A stretch of 64,000 bases of DNA, taken from NCBI GenBank assembly GCA_041483895.1, contig JBGPGO010000010.1, positions 32,001 to 96,000 of the forward strand. Direction: 5' to 3'. Under the pieces are notes generated by a model. That model made no database searches. It saw nothing but the letters and a program-made list of their open reading frames with translations, and was not told the origin of the DNA. This stretch comes from Fimbriimonadia bacterium (GTDB lineage: Bacteria; Armatimonadota; Fimbriimonadia; Fimbriimonadales; JABRVX01). The position numbers and the translations under genes are program-made. Shown piece after piece: positions 60,285-64,000 of this stretch (position 1 is its first letter; each line of letters begins with the position of its first letter).

Positions 60285-61565
60285 ATGGTTGACACGTTGA
60301 CCGAACGGGCTATTCCGGAAGGAAAATTCAACCCGTTCGCGGTTGCACAGTCGCAACTCGATATGGCAGCAAAGATGCTGAAGCTGGACCCTTCCGTTCA
60401 TCAGTTCTTGCGCAATCCGATGCGCGAGCTTCATGTAAGCATCCCGGTTCGAATGGATGATGGTACGACACGCACATTTCAGGGTTTTCGCGTCCAATAC
60501 AATGACGCCCGTGGGCCGTGCAAAGGCGGGATACGCTTTCACCCCGACGAGACGATTGATACCGTCCGAGCCTTGGCGGCGTGGATGACCTGGAAGACGG
60601 CGGTCGTCGATATTCCATTGGGTGGCGGCAAGGGCGGCGTAATCTGCGATCCGAAGCATATGTCGGAACGTGAATTGGAGCGCTTGAGCCGCGGATATAT
60701 CCGAGCGGTCGGGCACTTTATCGGCCCCACTCGGGACGTGCCCGCACCCGACGTGTATACGACACCGCAAATCATGGGCTGGATGCTGGACGAGTACGAG
60801 ACGCTCATGTCTTTCAAGGCGCCCGGCGTCATCACCGGAAAACCCGTGGGGCTCGGCGGTTCAAAGGGGCGCGGAGACGCAACTGCCCGCGGCGCCATCT
60901 ACACGATTCGGGAGGCTGCCAAGCTGCTTGAGCTGCAACTGAAGGGTGCGACCGCTGTAATCCAGGGTTATGGGAACGCCGGCCAGTTTGCCCACCAACT
61001 TGGCGAAGAGATTCTTGGATTGAAAGTGATTGCTGTCAGCGATTCGAAGGGTGGCATTTTGAACCCGTCCGGCCTGCGATTCGCGGATGTCGCCAAGCAT
61101 AAACAGGATACTGGCAGCGTGATCAACTTCCCAGGCGCTGAGGCGATCTCGAACGCCAAGCTGCTGGAGTTGGGATGCGAAGTTCTGATGCCGGCGGCCT
61201 TGGAGAACGTGCTGACGGCGGAAAACGCGCCTCGCATCAAGCCGAAGATTATCGCGGAGCTGGCAAATGGCCCTACGGCGCAGGCGGCGGACGCGATCTT
61301 CTATCGCAACGGCGTCTACGTAATCCCGGACTTTCTGTGCAATGCCGGCGGGGTAACCGTCAGCTATTTCGAGCAGGTGCAGAACGCGAGCAACTTCTAT
61401 TGGAAGCTGGATGCGGTGCACCGGGAGTTGGACGAGCACATGACGACGGCATTCCATGCCGTGCACGAGATGTCGAAACTGCATCAGTGCGACAACCGGC
61501 AAGGGGCCTACCTGGTGGCGGTACATCGCGTCGCGGACGAGTGTATTCAGCGCGGCTGGGTATAA
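60285..61565 (+). CDS. gdhA: Glu/Leu/Phe/Val dehydrogenase (glutamate dehydrogenase)
   Basis: [29 protein letters not shown] and [11 protein letters not shown] motifs. Confidence 0.93.
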   Translation: MVDTLTERAIPEGKFNPFAVAQSQLDMAAKMLKLDPSVHQFLRNPMRELHVSIPVRMDDGTTRTFQGFRVQYNDARGPCKGGIRFHPDETIDTVRALAAWMTWKTAVVDIPLGGGKGGVICDPKHMSERELERLSRGYIRAVGHFIGPTRDVPAPDVYTTPQIMGWMLDEYETLMSFKAPGVITGKPVGLGGSKGRGDATARGAIYTIREAAKLLELQLKGATAVIQGYGNAGQFAHQLGEEILGLKVIAVSDSKGGILNPSGLRFADVAKHKQDTGSVINFPGAEAISNAKLLELGCEVLMPAALENVLTAENAPRIKPKIIAELANGPTAQAADAIFYRNGVYVIPDFLCNAGGVTVSYFEQVQNASNFYWKLDAVHRELDEHMTTAFHAVHEMSKLHQCDNRQGAYLVAVHRVADECIQRGWV

Positions 61566-61605
61566 CGCCGGCAATCGAAAATAGGTCATTTAGGTCCTAT
61601 ATGTC

Positions 61606-62754
61606 CTATTGCTTTGGGGACTTTCGGTAGAAGCGATAGACGACGTCTTGGCGGAACTCGCCGGGGCCTTTACGATCGCGGAACCAGCTGTTGGAGACCG
61701 TAGTGTGAGGACTGACGAGGGATTCGAGGTCCAGGTACCAGGGAGCCTCTTCGGCCACCATGAGAAGGCTCGGATCGTTCGTTTCACCTTCGGAAGAGGT
61801 TCGGAGCTCGGCATAGTTTCGGTTGTAGCCGCCCTGCCATAGGGTCCGCAGGCGCGTGGCGTAGATTTCGCCGACCAAGATTGCGTCCGGGCCAGGATCG
61901 CGCGCTTGGCCAAACGTCACGCGGGCCAGCGTCGCCTCCACGCTCGCCCCTTCATCGTGCCGCTGATAGTCCAACGTCAAGGTACCGGCGGCTCGCGTGA
62001 TCGGTGTCGATCCAAACGTAACCATCACCCCCGTATACGCCTGTTCGTTTTCGCGCTTTTCGTAGAGGAAGCCGACCGTGAATGGGCCCAATTGCTTTCC
62101 AAGATAGAGGTCGATGCCGGGAATTGCGTTTCGGCCAAGGGGCTCCGGGCGGTTCGCCAGCCCGCCGGCCCGGAACTCCGTCCTCCATCCGCCGCCAATG
62201 TCCCGGCGGAAGAAGCCGTATGTCTCGACGACGGACGCGCCTGTCCGGCCGCCGAAACCCCAGGCGACATGCGTGAAGTGGGCGCCGAATCCGCTCGATT
62301 GGTCCAACTCGGCCGAGGTGATCATGCCTCGATAATCCGTCTGCGGGCCGCCGGTCAGGTCGCTGATGCCGGGGACCTGATCGAAGGCGGCGATGGCGTC
62401 CGGGTAGGGGAAGTGGCGGTAGCGGACGCGGCCCACCTTGCCGTCCAAGCTGAGATTCCATCGGTCCGCGACGTAAAAGGCGGATGACTGCAAGTAGGCC
62501 TCGTCGATATCGGGATGGAGCGGCATGTCGCGCCAGCTTCCCTCCCTGCGCCGGGCGATGGCGTTCGCGCGCAGCCAGGGGGTGATTTGGGCGGATCCAC
62601 GAAGCTGGAGGTTGCGCAATTCGCCTTGGTCGCGCCAGAACTTCGCCCCGATCCGAAGTTCCAAGTCGCCTCGGAAGCCGCCGAAGCCGCGCAGCTCCCA
62701 GCCGTCGGCTCGGGCTGCCATCGGGAGGATGCTCGCCGCAAGCAGGACTGCCAT
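61606..62754 (-). CDS. Secreted or outer-membrane beta-rich hypothetical protein
   Basis: Signal peptide ending ARA-DG; alternating amphipathic strands; start uncertain. Confidence 0.6.
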   Translation of the reverse strand: MAVLLAASILPMAARADGWELRGFGGFRGDLELRIGAKFWRDQGELRNLQLRGSAQITPWLRANAIARRREGSWRDMPLHPDIDEAYLQSSAFYVADRWNLSLDGKVGRVRYRHFPYPDAIAAFDQVPGISDLTGGPQTDYRGMITSAELDQSSGFGAHFTHVAWGFGGRTGASVVETYGFFRRDIGGGWRTEFRAGGLANRPEPLGRNAIPGIDLYLGKQLGPFTVGFLYEKRENEQAYTGVMVTFGSTPITRAAGTLTLDYQRHDEGASVEATLARVTFGQARDPGPDAILVGEIYATRLRTLWQGGYNRNYAELRTSSEGETNDPSLLMVAEEAPWYLDLESLVSPHTTVSNSWFRDRKGPGEFRQDVVYRFYRKSPKQ

Positions 62755-62786
62755 TCGTGCGTTCACAAGCAAAATTATCGGTGGAA

Positions 62787-62872
62787 GTAACGCTGCCTTC
62801 CAGGCGGCATTGCGAGAACCCCGGGGCCATCGCCATCTTGTAAGCACAATGCCGCCTGGAAGGCAGCGTTAC
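62787..62872. repeat. Inverted pair of family-B REP units (REPIN-like doublet)
   Basis: gtaacgctgccttccaggcggcattg ... caatgccgcctggaaggcagcgttac. Confidence 0.88.
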
Positions 62873-63426
62873 GGGTGCCGTTCGGCGAGGATGAACTCTT
62901 TGAATGCAGCCATCTGCTTGGCGATATTTTTCAATGCCATGTCGTCGGTCAACTCGCCATTCTCATTGATCTTCTTCTGCGATTGGCCAACGCAGATTTC
63001 GGGGAAAAACATCACCTTGGCGGGGAAGTAGGCCATCACCTGTCGGAGGTGAAGCTGCGCGCGGAGACCGCCGGCCCATCCACCCGCGGCGCTCTGCATG
63101 GCGATCGGCTTCCCTTCAAACACCCGGTCCATCGGCGGCCTCGATGCCCAATCGATCGCATTCTTTAGCACCCCGGAAAAGGAGAAATTGTGCTCCGGCA
63201 CCGCCATCAGAATGCCATCAGCGGCTTTGATCTTGTTCTTGAATTCCGTGACGATCGCGGGGAAGTCGGATTCCCTGTCCATGTTGTAGATGGGGAAGTC
63301 TCGAATCTCCAGATGCTCGATGGTCATCCCTTCGGGGGCCAGCCTTTTCGAGGTCTCAATCAAGATTCGATTATGGGATCCCTTTCGGATCGATCCGGCA
63401 AACGCGACGACGTGAACTTGTTCCAT
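62869..63426 (-). CDS. NAD(P)H-dependent FMN reductase (ChrR/SsuE family)
   Basis: GSIRKGS.N, PEHN.S.SGVLKNAIDWASR and GG.RAQ.HLR motifs. Confidence 0.93.
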   Translation of the reverse strand: MEQVHVVAFAGSIRKGSHNRILIETSKRLAPEGMTIEHLEIRDFPIYNMDRESDFPAIVTEFKNKIKAADGILMAVPEHNFSFSGVLKNAIDWASRPPMDRVFEGKPIAMQSAAGGWAGGLRAQLHLRQVMAYFPAKVMFFPEICVGQSQKKINENGELTDDMALKNIAKQMAAFKEFILAERHP

Positions 63427-63435
63427 CCGTTAATC

Positions 63436-64000
63436 TTATCCCAGAAGCGGCAGGTCTAGTTGGCGTTGGGAAAGCCATTCCACGCCTTTGTCAGTGATGA
63501 GGACCATCTCTTCGATGCCGAGATAGCCGCGACCCTCGATGTTGACGCCCAATTCCAATGTGTAGACCTGATCCTTTTGAATCGGCATCGTGGGTGTGCG
63601 GCCGTATCGCTCCCATTTGGGTCCGAGAATGGCGCCGCCGTCGTGGGCGACCCGGCCGACCTGGTGGCCGAACGCGTGCAGATATTCTTCGTATCCGCAG
63701 GAGACGAGATAGTCCCGCGCGGCCTTGTCCACCGTCCAGCCTTCGACGCCGGGTTTGAGGGTTTGGGAGCCTACGGTGATGGCGCCCGTCACCGCGTCCA
63801 TCGCCTTCGCCACGTCATCTGGCATTTGGTTTCCGACATACCAACAGCGTTGGATGTCCGAGCTGTAGCCGTTCTTCGTGATGCCGAGGTCGATGTGGAA
63901 GATGTGGCCTTCTTCGATGCGGATGTCGGCGGATGGGATGCCGTGGCCGACCATCGAGTTGGGGCCGCTGTTTACGATGGGGTCTTGCGCTGGGTCCCAC
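63436..64000 (-). CDS. M24-family Xaa-Pro peptidase, C-terminal part (cut by the window edge)
   Basis: IDLG....GY.SD..R, H..GH.VG...HD, TLE.G and GIEE motifs. Confidence 0.88.
   Translation of the reverse strand, partial: WDPAQDPIVNSGPNSMVGHGIPSADIRIEEGHIFHIDLGITKNGYSSDIQRCWYVGNQMPDDVAKAMDAVTGAITVGSQTLKPGVEGWTVDKAARDYLVSCGYEEYLHAFGHQVGRVAHDGGAILGPKWERYGRTPTMPIQKDQVYTLELGVNIEGRGYLGIEEMVLITDKGVEWLSQRQLDLPLLG

Overview
GC-rich bacterial chromosome segment, most likely Armatimonadota (Fimbriimonadia-like). This is inferred from PEP-CTERM proteins, a DUF1559/H-X9-DG prepilin-like gene and secreted proteins with dockerin-like C-termini. Housekeeping genes (gap-pgk, rplU-rpmA, gdh) are mixed with many secreted or surface proteins, peptidases, glycoside hydrolases, a MacAB-like exporter and a sigma-54 two-component pair. 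Main observations: (1) a three-gene operon (3.5-11.3 kb) whose products each appear to carry both a cohesin-like and a dockerin-like domain, bracketed by intact gap and a diverged copy of the gap 5' end; (2) an AT-richer two-gene islet (unknown protein plus PD-(D/E)xK nuclease) beside a tRNA-like element with a Ser-type body and a GAA anticodon; (3) a clear TPP riboswitch upstream of a lone DUF1559 pilin-like gene; (4) REP-like repeats that overlap gene stop codons and sit in-frame inside an aldolase; (5) an aldolase/YihV-like kinase/UxaC-like isomerase operon; (6) three dispersed paralogous PEP-CTERM repeat proteins; (7) an HTH-less sigma-54 activator and a likely catalytically dead alpha/beta hydrolase. 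No CRISPR array, integrase or intact transposase was found. All family calls come from motif recognition by eye, with no database searches.
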